From positions 59,034,334 to 59,088,000 of the forward strand of contig OY740795.1 in assembly GCA_963514005.1 (NCBI GenBank): a stretch of DNA of 53,667 nucleotides, in the 5' to 3' direction. Made by a program: the position numbers and the translations under genes. The notes beneath the pieces were generated by a model that was not told where the DNA came from, did not search any database, and worked only from the letters and a program-made list of their open reading frames with translations. Shown piece by piece: positions 34,955 to 48,700 of this stretch. Every line of letters begins with the position of its first letter. Within the stretch, counting starts at the first letter, position 1. The stretch comes from Raja brachyura. Taxonomy: Eukaryota.

Positions 34955-36796
34955 TATGTGAAGAGAAAGAGACTAGTTAAAACAAATGTTGGTCCCTTGC
35001 AGTCAGAAACAGGTGAATTGATCATGGGGAACAAGGACATGGCAGACCAATTGAATAACTACTTTGGTTCTGTCTTCACTAAGGAAGACATAAATAATCT
35101 GCCGGAAATAGCAGTGGAACGGGGGTCAAATAAGATGGAGGAACTGAGTGAAATCCAGGTGAGCCGGGAGGTGGTGTTGGGTAAATAGAACGGATTGAAG
35201 GCCGATAAATCCCCAGGGCCAGATAGTCTGCATCCCAGAGTACTCAAGGAGGTAGCCACAGAAATAGTGGATGCATTAGTGATAATTTTTCAAAATTCCT
35301 TAGATTCTGGAGTAGTTCCTGAGGATTGGAGGGTAGCTAATGTAACCCCACTTTTTAAAAAAGGAGGGAGAGAGAAAGCGGGGAATTACAGACCAGTTAG
35401 TCTAACATCGGTAGTGGGGAAACTGCTAGAGTCAGTTATTAAAGATGGGATAGCAGCGCATTTGGAAAGTGGTGAAATCATTGGACAAAGTCAGCATGGA
35501 TTTACGAAAGGTAAATCATGTCTGACAAATCTGATAGAATTTTTTGAGGATGTAACTAGTAGAGTGGATAAGGGAGAACCAGTGGATGTGTTATATCTAG
35601 ACTTTCAGAAGGCTTTCGACAAGGTCCCGCATAAGAGATTAGCATACAAACTTAAAGCACACGGTATTGGGGGTTCAGTATTGATGTGGATAGAGAACTG
35701 GCTAGCAGACAGGAGGCAAAGGGTAGGAGTAAACGGGTCCTTTTCAGAATGGCAGGCAGTGACTAGTGGGGTGCCGCAAGGCTCAGTGCTGGGACCCCAG
35801 CTATTTACAATATATATTAATGATTTGGACGAGGGAATTCAATGCAACATCTCCAAATTTGCAGATGATACCAAGCTGGGGGGTATAGTTAGGTGTGAGG
35901 AGGATGCTTGGAGGCTGCAGGGTGATTTGGATAGGCTGAGTGAATGGGCAGATGCATGGCAGATGCAGTATAATGTGGATAAATGTGAGGTTATCCACTT
36001 TGGTGGCAAAAACATGAGGGTAGACTATTATCTGAATGGTGGCAGATTAGGAAAGGGGGAGATGCAACGAGCCCTGGGTGTCATGGTACACCAGTCATTG
36101 AAAGTAGGCATGCAGGTGCAGCAGGCAGTGAAGAAAGCAAATGGTATGTTAGCATTCATAGCGAAAGGATTTGAGTATAGGAGCAGGGAGGTTCTACTGC
36201 AGTTGTACAGGGTTTTGGTGAGGCCACACCTGGAGTATTGCGTACAGTTTTGGTCTCCAAATCTGAGGAAAGACATCCTTGCCATAGAGGGGGTACAGAG
36301 AAGATTCACCAGACTGATTCCTGGGATGTCAGGACTTTCATATGAGGAAAGATTGGATAGACTCGGCTTGTACTCGCTGGAATTTAGAAGATTGAGGGGG
36401 GAACTTATATAAACTTACAAAATTCTTAAGGGGTTGGACAAGCTAGATGCTGGAAGATTGTTCCCGATGTTGGGGGAGTCCAGAACAAGGGGTCACAGTC
36501 GAAGGATAAGGGGGAATTCCTTTAGGACCGAAATGAGGAAAACATTCTTTACACAGAGAGTGGTGAGTCTCTGGAATTTTCTGCCACAGAAGGTAGTTGA
36601 GGCCAGTTCATTGGCTATATTTAAGAGGGCGTTCGATGTGGCACTTGTGGCTAAAGGGATCAGGGGGTATGCAGAGAAGACAGGTACGGGATACTGAGTT
36701 GGATGATCAGCCATGATCACAATGAATGGCGGTGCAGGCTCGAAGGGCCGACTGGCCTACTCCTGCACCTATTTTCTATGTTTCTATGTTACTGTG
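34955..36796 (+). mobile_element. CR1 family A, 5'-truncated, embedded in the satellite
   Basis: ORFs 34958..35188, 35195..36412 and 36434..36697 are in one frame broken by two stops. GCTAGA flanks both sides. Confidence 0.95.
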
Positions 36797-39700
36797 CTAG
36801 ACACAAAACCCACTCCGCTAGACCCAAACCCACTCCGCTAGACCCACACTCCCACTCCGCTAGACCCAAAACCCACTCCGCTAGACCCAAACCACTCCGC
36901 AAGACCCAAACCCACTCTGCTAGACCCAAACCCACACCGTTAGACCCAAATCCACTCCGCTAGACCCACACTCCCACTCCGCCAGACCCAAACCCACTCC
37001 GCTAGGCCCACACTCCCACTCCGCAAGACCCAAACCCACTCCGCTAGACCCAAACCCACTCCGCTAGACCCAAACCCACTCCGCTAGACCCAAACCCACT
37101 CCGCTAGGCCCAAACCCACTCCGCCAGACACAAAACCCACACTGCTCGACCCAAACCCACTCCGCTATACCCAAACCCACTCCGCTAGACCCAATACCCA
37201 CTCCACTAGACCCAAACCCACTCCGCTAGACCCAAACCCACTCCGCTAGACCCAAACCCACTCCGCTAGACCCAAACCCACTTCGCTATACCCAAACCCA
37301 CTCCGCTAGAACCAAACCCACTCAGCTAGACCCAAACCCACTCCGCTACCCGCAAACCCACTCCGCTAGACCAACACTCCCACTCCGCTAGACCCACACT
37401 CCCGCTCCGCTAGACCCACACTCCCACTCCGCTAGACCCAAACCACTCCGCAAGACCCAAACCCAGTCCGCTAGACCCAAACCCACTCCGCTAGACCCAA
37501 ACCCACTCCGCTAGACCAAAACCCACTCCGCTAGACCCAAACCCACTCCGCTAGACCCACACTCACTCCGCTAGACCCACACTCCCACTCCGCTAGACCC
37601 AAACCCATTCCACCAGACACAAACCCACTCCGCTATACCCAAACCCACTCTGCTAGACGGAAACCCACTCAGCTAGTCTCAAACCCACTCCGCTAGACCC
37701 AAACCCACTCCGCTAGACCCACACCCCCACTCCGCTAGACCCAAACCCACTCCGCTAGACCCAATCCCACTCCGCTAGACCCAAACCCACTCCGCTAGAC
37801 CCACACTCCCACTCCGCTAGACCCAAACCCACTCCGCTAGACCCAAACCCACTCCGCTAGACCCAAACCCACTCCGCTAGACCCAAACCCACTCCGCTAG
37901 GCCCAAACCCACTCCGCTAGACACAAAACCCACTCCGCTCGACCCAAACCCACTCCGCTATACCCAAACCCACTCCGCTAGACCCAATACCCACTCCGCT
38001 AGACCCAAACCCACTCCACTAGACCCAAACCCACTCCGCTAGACCCAAACCCACTCCGCTAGACCCAAACCCACTTCGCAAAACCCAAACGCACTCCGCT
38101 AGAACCAAACCCACTCCGCTAGACCAAAACCCACTCCGCTACACGCAAACCCACTCCGCTAGACCCACACTCCCACTCCGCTAGACCCACACTCCCACTC
38201 CGCTAGACCCACACTCCCAATCCGCAAGACCCACACTCCCACTCCGCTAGACCTAAACCACTCCGCAAGACCCAAACCCACTCCGCTAGACCCAAACCCA
38301 CTCCGTTAGACCCAAATCCACTCCGCTAGACCCACACTCCCACGCCGCTAGACCCAAACCCACTCCGCTAGACCCACACTCCCACTCCGCTAGACCCAAA
38401 CCCACTCCGCTAGACCCAAACCCACTCCGCTAGACCCAAACCCACTCCGCTAGACCCAAACCCACTCCGCTATACCCAAACCCACTCCGCTAGACCCAAT
38501 ACCCACTCCGCTAGACCCAAACCCACTCCGCTAGAGCCAAACCCACTCCGCTAGACCCAAACCCACTCCGCTAGACCCAAACCCACTTCGCAAAACCCAA
38601 ACGCACTCCGCTAGAACCAAACCCACTCCGCTAGACCCAAACCCACTCCGCTACACGCAAACCCACTCCGCTAGACCCACACTCCCACTCCGCTAGACCC
38701 ACACTCCCACTCCGCTAGACCCACACTCCCAATCCGCAAGACCCACACTCCCACTCTGCTAGACCTAAACCACTCCGCAAGACCCAAACCCACTCCGCTA
38801 GACCCAAACCCACTCCGTTAGACCCAAATCCACTCCACTAGACCCACACTCCCACTCCGCTAGACCCAAACCCACTCCGCTAGACCCACACTCCCACTCC
38901 GCTAGACCCAAACCCACTCCGCTAGACCCAAACCCACTCCGCTAGACCCAAACCCACTCCGCTAGACCCAAACCCACTCCGCTAGGCCCAAACCCACTCC
39001 GCTAGACACAAAATCCACTCCGCTCGACCCAAACCCACTCCGCTAGACCCAAACCCACTCCGCTAGACCCAATACCCACTCCGCTAGACCCAAACCCACT
39101 CCGCTAGACCCAAACCCACTCCGCTAGACCCAAACCCACTCCGCTACACGCAAACCCACTCCGCTAGACCCACACTCCCACTCCGCTAGACCCACACTCC
39201 CACTCCGCTAGACCCACACTCCCACTCCGCTAGACCCAAACCACTCCGCAAGACCCAAACCCACTCCACTAGACCCAAACCCACTCCGCTAGACCCAAAC
39301 CCACTCCGCTAGACCCACACTCACTCCGCTAGACCCACACTCCCACTCCGCTAGACCCAAACCCATTCCGCTAGACACAAACCCACTCCGCTATACCCAA
39401 ACCCACTTTGCTAGACGCAAACCCACTCAGCTAGTCCCAAACCCACTCCGCCAGACCCAAACCCACTCCGCTAGACCCACACTCCCACTCCGCTAGACCC
39501 AAACCCACTCCGCTAGACCCAAACCCACTCCGCTAGACCCAAACCCACTCCGCATTCCCAAACCCACTCTGCTAGGCCCAAATCCACTCCGCTAGACACA
39601 AAACCCACTCCGCTAGACCCAAACCCACTCCGCTATACGCAAACCCGCTCAGCTGGATCCAATACCCACTCCGCTAGACCCAAACCCACTCCGCTAGACC

Positions 39701-42700
39701 CAAACCCACTCCGCTAGAACCAAAACCACTCCGCTAGATCCAAACCCACTCCGCTAGAACCAAACCCTCTCCGCGAGACCCAAACCCCCTGCACTAGACC
39801 CAAACCCACTCCGCTAGACCCAAACCCACACCGCTAGACCCAAACCCACTCCGCTAGAACCAAACCCACTCCGCTAGACCCAAACCCACTCCGCTACACG
39901 CAAACCCACTCCGCTAGACCCACACTCCCACTCCGCTAGACCCACACTCCCAATCCGCTAGACCCACACTCCCACTCCGCTAGACCCAAACCACTCCGCA
40001 AGACCCAAACCCACTCCGCTAGACCCAAACCCACTCCGTTAGACCCAAATCCGCTCCGCTAGACCCACACTCCCACTCCGCTAGACCCAAACCCACTCCG
40101 CTAGACCCACACTCCCACTCCGCTAGACCCAAACCCACTCCGCTAGACCCAAACACACTCCGCTAGACCCAAACCCACTCCGCTAGATGCAAACCCACTC
40201 ACGCATGACCCAAACCCACTCCGCAAGACACAAACCAACTCCGCTAGACCAAAACTCACTACGCTAAACCCAAACCCACTCCGCTAGACCCACACTCCCA
40301 CTCCGCGAGACACAAACCCACTCCGCTAGACCCAAACCCATTCCACCAGACACAAACCCACTCCGCTATACCCAAACCCACTCTGCTAGACGGAAACCCA
40401 CTCAGCTAGTCTCAAACCCACTCCGCTAGACCCAAACCCACTCCGCTAGACCCACACCCCCACTCCGCTAGACCCAAACCCACTCCGCTAGACCCAATCC
40501 CACTCCGCTAGACCCAAACCCACTCCGCTAGACCCACACTCCCACTCCGCTAGACCCAAACCCACTCCGCTGGACCCAAACCCACTCCGCTAGACCCAAA
40601 CCCACTCCGCTAGACCCAAACCCACTCCGCTAGGCCCAAACCCACTCCGCTAGACACAAAACCCACTCCGCTCGACCCAAACCCACTCCGCTATACCCAA
40701 ACCCACTCCGCTAGACCCAATACCCACTCCGCTAGACCCAAACCCACTCCACTAGACCCAAACCCACTCCGCTAGACCCAAACCCACTCCGCTAGACCCA
40801 AACCCACTTCGCAAAACCCAAACGCACTCCGCTAGAACCAAACCCACTCCGCTAGACCAAAACCCACTCCGCTACACGCAAACCCACTCCGCTAGACCCA
40901 CACTCCCACTCCGCTAGACCCACACTCCCACTCCGCTAGACCCACACTCCCAATCCGCAAGACCCAAACCCACTCCGCTAGACCCAAACCCACTCCGTTA
41001 GACCCAAATCCACTCCGCTAGACCCACACTCCCACGCCGCTAGACCCAAACCCACTCCGCTAGACCCACACTCCCACTCCGCTAGACCCAAACCCACTCC
41101 GCTAGACCCAAACCCACTCCGCTAGACCCAAACCCACTCCGCTAGACCCAAACCCACTCCGCTATACCCAAACCCACTCCGCTAGACCCAATACCCACTC
41201 CGCTAGACCCAAACCCACTCCGCTAGAGCCAAACCCACTCCGCTAGACCCAAACCCACTCCGCTAGACCCAAACCCACTTCGCAAAACCCAAACGCACTC
41301 CGCTAGAACCAAACCCACTCCGCTAGACCCAAACCCACTCCGCTACACGCAAACCCACTCCGCTAGACCCACACTCCCACTCCGCTAGACCCACACTCCC
41401 ACTCCGCTAGACCCACACTCCCAATCCGCAAGACCCACACTCCCACTCTGCTAGACCTAAACCACTCCGGAAGACCCAAACCCACTCCGCTAGACCCAAA
41501 CCCACTCCGTTAGACCCAAATCCACTCCACTAGACCCACACTCCCACTCCGCTAGACCCAAACCCACTCCGCTAGACCCACACTCCCACTCCGCTAGACC
41601 CAAACCCACTCCGCTAGACCCAAACCCACTCCGCTAGACCCAAACCCACTCCGCTAGACCCAAACCCACTCCGCTAGGCCCAAACCCACTCCGCTAGACA
41701 CAAAATCCACTCCGCTCGACCCAAACCCACTCCGCTAGACCCAAACCCACTCCGCTAGACCCAATACCCACTCCGCTAGACCCAAACCCACTCCGCTAGA
41801 CCCAAACCCACTCCGCTAGACCCAAACCCACTCCGCTACACGCAAACCCACTCCGCTAGACCCACACTCCCACTCCGCTAGACCCACACTCCCACTCCGC
41901 TAGACCCACACTCCCACTCCGCTAGACCCAAACCACTCCGCAAGACCCAAACCCACTCCACTAGACCCAAACCCACTCCGCTAGACCCAAACCCACTCCG
42001 CTAGACCCACACTCACTCCGCTAGACCCACACTCCCACTCCGCTAGACCCAAACCCATTCCGCTAGACACAAACCCACTCCGCTATACCCAAACCCACTT
42101 TGCTAGACGCAAACCCACTCAGCTAGTCCCAAACCCACTCCGCCAGACCCAAACCCACTCCGCTAGACCCACACTCCCACTCCGCTAGACCCAAACCCAC
42201 TCCGCTAGACCCAAACCCACTCCGCTAGACCCAAACCCACTCCGCATTCCCAAACCCACTCTGCTAGGCCCAAATCCACTCCGCTAGACACAAAACCCAC
42301 TCCGCTAGACCCAAACCCACTCCGCTATACGCAAACCCGCTCAGCTGGATCCAATACCCACTCCGCTAGACCCAAACCCACTCCGCTAGACCCAAACCCA
42401 CTCCGCTAGAACCAAAACCACTCCGCTAGATCCAAACCCACTCCGCTAGAACCAAACCCTCTCCGCGAGACCCAAACCCCCTGCACTAGACCCAAACCCA
42501 CTCCGCTAGACCCAAACCCACACCGCTAGACCCAAACCCACTCCGCTAGAACCAAACCCACTCCGCTAGACCCAAACCCACTCCGCTACACGCAAACCCA
42601 CTCCGCTAGACCCACACTCCCACTCCGCTAGACCCACACTCCCAATCCGCTAGACCCACACTCCCACTCCGCTAGACCCAAACCACTCCGCAAGACCCAA

Positions 42701-45700
42701 ACCCACTCCGCTAGACCCAAACCCACTCCGTTAGACCCAAATCCGCTCCGCTAGACCCACACTCCCACTCCGCTAGACCCAAACCCACTCCGCTAGACCC
42801 ACACTCCCACTCCGCTAGACCCAAACCCACTCCGCTAGACCCAAACACACTCCGCTAGACCCAAACCCACTCCGCTAGATGCAAACCCACTCACGCATGA
42901 CCCAAACCCACTCCGCAAGACACAAACCAACTCCGCTAGACCAAAACTCACTACGCTAAACCCAAACCCACTCCGCTAGACCCACACTCCCACTCCGCGA
43001 GACACAAACCCACTCCGCTAGACCCAAACCCACACCGCTATACCCAAACCCACTCCGCTAGACCCAATACCCACTCCGCTAGACCCAAACCCACTCCGCT
43101 AGACCCAAACCCACTCCGCTAGACCCAAACCCACTCCGCTAGACCCAAACCCACTTTGCTATACCCAAACCCACTCCGCTAGAACCAAACCCACTCCGCT
43201 AGACCCAAACCCACTCCGCTACACGCAAACCCACTCCGCTAGACCCACACTCCCACTCCGCTAGACCCACACTCCCACTCCGCTAGACCCAAACCCACTC
43301 CGCTAGACCCAAACCCACTCCGCGAGACCCAAACCCACTCCGCTAGACCCAAACCCACTCCGCTAGACCCAAACCCACTCCGCTAGACCCAAACCCACTC
43401 CGCTAGGCCCACACTCCCACTCCGCTAGACCCAAACCCACTCCGCTAGACCCAAACCCACTCCGCTAGACCCAAACCCACTCCGCTAGACCCAAACCCAC
43501 TCCGCTACGCCCAAACCCACTCCGCTAGACACAAAACCCACTCTGCTAGACCCAAACCCACTCCGCTATACCCAAACCCGCTCAGCTGGATCCAATACCC
43601 ACTCCGCTAGACCCAAACCCACTCCGCTAGACCCAAACCCACTCCGCTAGAACCAAAACCACTCCGCTAGATCCAAACCCACTCCGCTAGAACCAAACCC
43701 TCTCCGCGAGACCCAAACCCCCTGCACTAGACCCAAACCCACTCCGCTAGACCCAAACCCACACCGCTAGACCCAAACCCACTCCGCTAGAACCAAACCC
43801 ACTCCGCTAGACCCAAACCCACTCCGCTACACGCAAACCCACTCCGCTAGACCCACACTCCCACTCCGCTAGACCCACACTCCCAATCCGCTAGACCCAC
43901 ACTCCCACCCCGCTAGACCCAAACCACTCCGCAAGACCCAAACCCACTCCGCTAGACCCAAACCCACTCCGTTAGACCCAAATCCGCTCCGCTAGACCCA
44001 CACTCCCACTCCGCTAGACCCAAACCCACTCCGCTAGACCCACACTCCCACTCCGCTAGACCCAAACCCACTCCGCTAGACCCAAACACACTCCGCTAGA
44101 CCCAAACCCACTCCGCGAGACCCAAACCCACTCCGCTAGACCCGATCCACTCTGCAAGACCCAAACTCACTCCGCTAGACCCAAAACCACTCCGCCAGAC
44201 CCAAACCCACTCCGCTAGACCCAAAACCCACTCCGCTAGACCCAAACCCACTCCGCTAGACACAAACCCAGTCCGCTAGACCCAAACCCACTCCGCTAGT
44301 CCCAAACCCACTGCGCTAGATCCAAACCCACTCCGCTGGACCCAAACCCACTCCGCAAGACCCAAACCCACTCCGCTAGACCCAAACCCACTCCGCTAGA
44401 CCCAAACCCAATCCGCTAAACCCACGCCCACTCCGATAGACCCAAACCCACTCCCCTGGACTGAAACCCACTCCGCTAGACCCACACTCCCACTCCGCGA
44501 GACACAAACCCACTCCGCTAGACCCAAACCCACACCGCTATACCCAAACCCACTCCGCTAGACCCAATACCCACTCCGCTAGACCCAAACCCACTCCGCT
44601 AGACCCAAACCCACTCCGCTAGACCCAAACCCACTCCGCTAGACCCAAACCCACTTTGCTATACCCAAACCCACTCCGCTAGAACCAAACCCACTCCGCT
44701 AGACCCAAACCCACTCCGCTACACGCAAACCCACTCCGCTAGACCCACACTCCCACTCCGCTAGACCCACACTCCCACTCCGCTAGACCCAAACCCACTC
44801 CGCTAGACCCAAACCCACTCCGCGAGACCCAAACCCACTCCGCTAGACCCAAACCCACTCCGCTAGACCCAAACCCACTCCGCTAGACCCAAACCCACTC
44901 CGCTAGGCCCACACTCCCACTCCGCTAGACCCAAACCCACTCCGCTAGACCCAAACCCACTCCGCTAGACCCAAACCCACTCCGCTAGACCCAAACCCAC
45001 TCCGCTACGCCCAAACCCACTCCGCTAGACACAAAACCCACTCTGCTAGAACCAAACCCACTCCGCTATACCCAAACCCGCTCAGCTAGACCCAATACCC
45101 ACTCCGCTAGACCCAAACCCACTCCGCTAGACCCAAACCCACTCCGCTAGAACCAAAACCACTCCGCTAGATCCAAACCCACTCCGCCAGAACCAAACCC
45201 TCTCCGCGAGACCCAAACCCACTGCACTAGACCCAAACCCACTCCGCTAGACCCAAACCCACACTGCCAGACCCAAACCCACTCCGCTAGAACCAAACCC
45301 ACTCCGCTAGACCCAAACCCACTCCGCTACACGCAAACCCACTCCGCTAGACCCACACTCCCACTCCGCTAGACCCACACTCCCAATCCGCTAGACCCAC
45401 ACTCCCACTCCGCTAGACCCAAACCACTCCACAAGACCCAAACCCACTCCGCTAGACCCAAACCCACTCCGTTAGACCCAAATCCACTCTGCTAGACCCA
45501 CACTCCCACTCCGCTAGACCCAAACCCACTCTGCTAGACCCACACTCCCACTCCGCTAGACCCAAACCCACTCCGCTAGACCCAAACCCACTCCGCTAGA
45601 CCCAATCCACTCCTCAAGACCCAAACCCACTCCGCTAAACCCACGCCCACTCCGATAGACCCAAACCCACTCCCCTGGACTGAAACCCACTCCGCCAGAC

Positions 45701-48700
45701 CCAAAACCCACTCTGCTGGAGCCAAACCCACTCCGCTAGACCCAAACCCACTCCGCTAGACGCAAACCCACTCACGCAAGACCCAAACCCACTCCGCTAG
45801 ATGCAAACCCACTCACGCATGACCCAAACCCACTCTGCAAGACACAAACCAACTCCGCTAGACCAAAACTCACTACGCTTAACCCAAACCCACTCCGCTA
45901 GACCAACACTCCCACTCCGCGAGACACAAACCCATTCCGCTAGACCCAAACCCACTCCGCTATACCCAAACCCACTCCGCTAGACCCAATACCCACTCCG
46001 CTAGACCCAAACCCACTCCGCTAGACCCAAACCCACTCCGCTAGACCCAAACGCACTCCACTAGACCAAAACCCACTTCGCATTACCCAAACCCACTCCG
46101 CTAGAACCAAACCCACTCCGCGAGACCCAAACCCACTCCGCTACACGCAAACCCACTCCGCTAGACCCACACTCCCACTCCGCTAGACCCACACTCCCAC
46201 TCCGCTAGACGCACACTCCCACTCCGCTAGAACCAAACCACTCCGCAAGACCCAAACCCACTCCGCTAGACCCAAACCCATTCCGCTAGGCCCACACTCC
46301 CACTCCGCTAGACCCAAACCCACTCCGCTAGACCCAAACCCACTCCGCTAGACCCAAACCCACTCCGCTAGACCCAAACCCACTCCGCTAGGCCCAAACC
46401 CACTCCGCTAGACACAAAACCCACTCTGCTAGACCCAAACCCACTCCGCTATACCCAAACCCGCTCAGCTAGACCCAATACCCACTCCGCTAGACCCAAA
46501 CCCACTCCGCTAGACCCAAACCCACTCCGCTAGAACCAAAACCACTCCGCTAGATCCAAACCCACTCCGCTAGAACCAAACCCTCTCCGCGAGACCCAAA
46601 CCCACTGCACTAGACCCAAACCCACTCCGCTAGACCCAAACCCACACCGCTAGACCCAAACCCACTCCGCTAGAACCAAACCCACTCCGCTAGACCCAAA
46701 CCCACTCCGCTACACGCAAACCCACTCCGCTAGACCCACACTCCCACTCCGCTAGACCCACACTCCCAATCCGCTAGACCCACACTCCCACTCCGCTAGA
46801 CCCAAACCCGCTCAGCTAGCCCCAATACCCACTCCGCTAGACCCAAACCCACTCCGCTAGACCCAAACCCACTCCGCTAGGACCAAAACCACTCCGCTAG
46901 ATCCAAACCCACTCCGCTAGAACCAAACCCTCTCCGCGAGACCCAAACCCACTGCACTAGACCCAAACCCACTCCGCTAGACCCAAACCCACTCCGCTAG
47001 ACCCAAACCCACTCCGCTAGACCCAACCCCACTCCGCTAGACCCAAATCCACTCCGCTAGACCCACACTCCCACTCCGCTAGACCCAAACCCACTCCGCT
47101 AGACCCACACTCCCACTCCGCTAGACCCAAACCCACTCCGCTAGACCCACACTCCCACTCCGCTAGACCCAAACCCACTCCGCTAGACCCAAGCCCACTC
47201 CGCTAGACCCAAACCCACTCCGCTAGACCCAAACCCACTCCGCTAGGCCCAAACCCACTCCGCTAGACACAAAACCCACTCCGCTCGACCCAAACCCACT
47301 CCGCTATACCCAAACCCACTCCGCTAGACCCAATACCCACTCCGCTAGACCCAAATCCACTCCGCTAGACCCAAACCCACTCCGCTAGACCCAAACCCAC
47401 TCCGCTAGACCCAAACCCACTTCGCTATACCCAAACCCACTCCGCTAGAACCAAACCCACTCCGCTAGACCCAAACCCACTCCGCTACACGCAAACCCAC
47501 TCCGCTAGACCCACACTCCCACTCCGCGAGGCCCACACTCCCACTCCGCTAGACCCACACTCCCACTCCGCTATACCCAAACCACTCCGCAAGACCCAAA
47601 CCCACTCCGCTAGACCCAAACCCACTCCGCAAGACCCAAACCCACTCCGCTAGACCCAAACCCACTCCGCCAGACCCAAACCCACTCCGCTAGAACCACA
47701 CTCACTCCGCTAGACCCACACTCCCACTCCGCTAGACCCAAACCCATTCCGCTAGACACAAACCCACTCCGCGATACCCAAACCCACTTTGCTAGACGCA
47801 AACCCACTCAGCTAGTCCCAAACCCACTCCGCTAGACCCAAACCCACTCCGCTAGACCCACACTCCCACTCCGCTAGACCCAAACCCACTCCGCTAGACC
47901 CAAACCCACTCCGCTAGACCCAAACCCACTCCGCTAGACCCAAACCCACTCCGCTAGACCCAAACCCACTCCGCTACGCCCAAACCCACTCCGCTAGACA
48001 CAAAACCCACTCTGCTAGACCCAAACCCACTCCGCTATACCCAAACCCGCTCAGCTAGACCCAATACCCACTCCGCTAGACCCAAACCCACTCCGCTAGA
48101 CCCAAACCCACTCCGCTAGAACCAAAACCACTCCGCTAGATCCAAACCCACTCCGCCAGAACCAAACCCTCTCCGCGAGACCCAAACCCACTGCACTAGA
48201 CCCAAACCCACTCCGCTAGACCCAAACCCACACCGCCTGACCCAAACCCACTCCGCTAGAACCAAACCCACTCCGCTAGACCCAAACCCACTCCGCTACA
48301 CGCAAACCCACTCCGCTAGACCCACACTCCCACTCCGCTAGACCCACACTCCCAATCCGCTAGACCCACACTCCCACTCCGCTAGACCCAAACCACTCCA
48401 CAAGACCCAAACCCACTCCGCTAGACCCAAACCCACTCCGTTAGACCCAAATCCACTCTGCTAGACCCACACTCCCACTCCGCTGGACCCAAACCCACTC
48501 CGCTAGACCCACACTCCCACTCCGCTAGACCCAAACCCACTCCGCTAGACCCAAACCCACTCCGCTAGACCCAATCCACTCCTCAAGACCCAAACCCACT
48601 CCGCTAAACCCACGCCCACTCCGATAGACCCAAACCCACTCCCCTGGACTGAAACCCACTCCGCCAGACCCAAAACCCACTCTGCTGGAGCCAAACCCAC

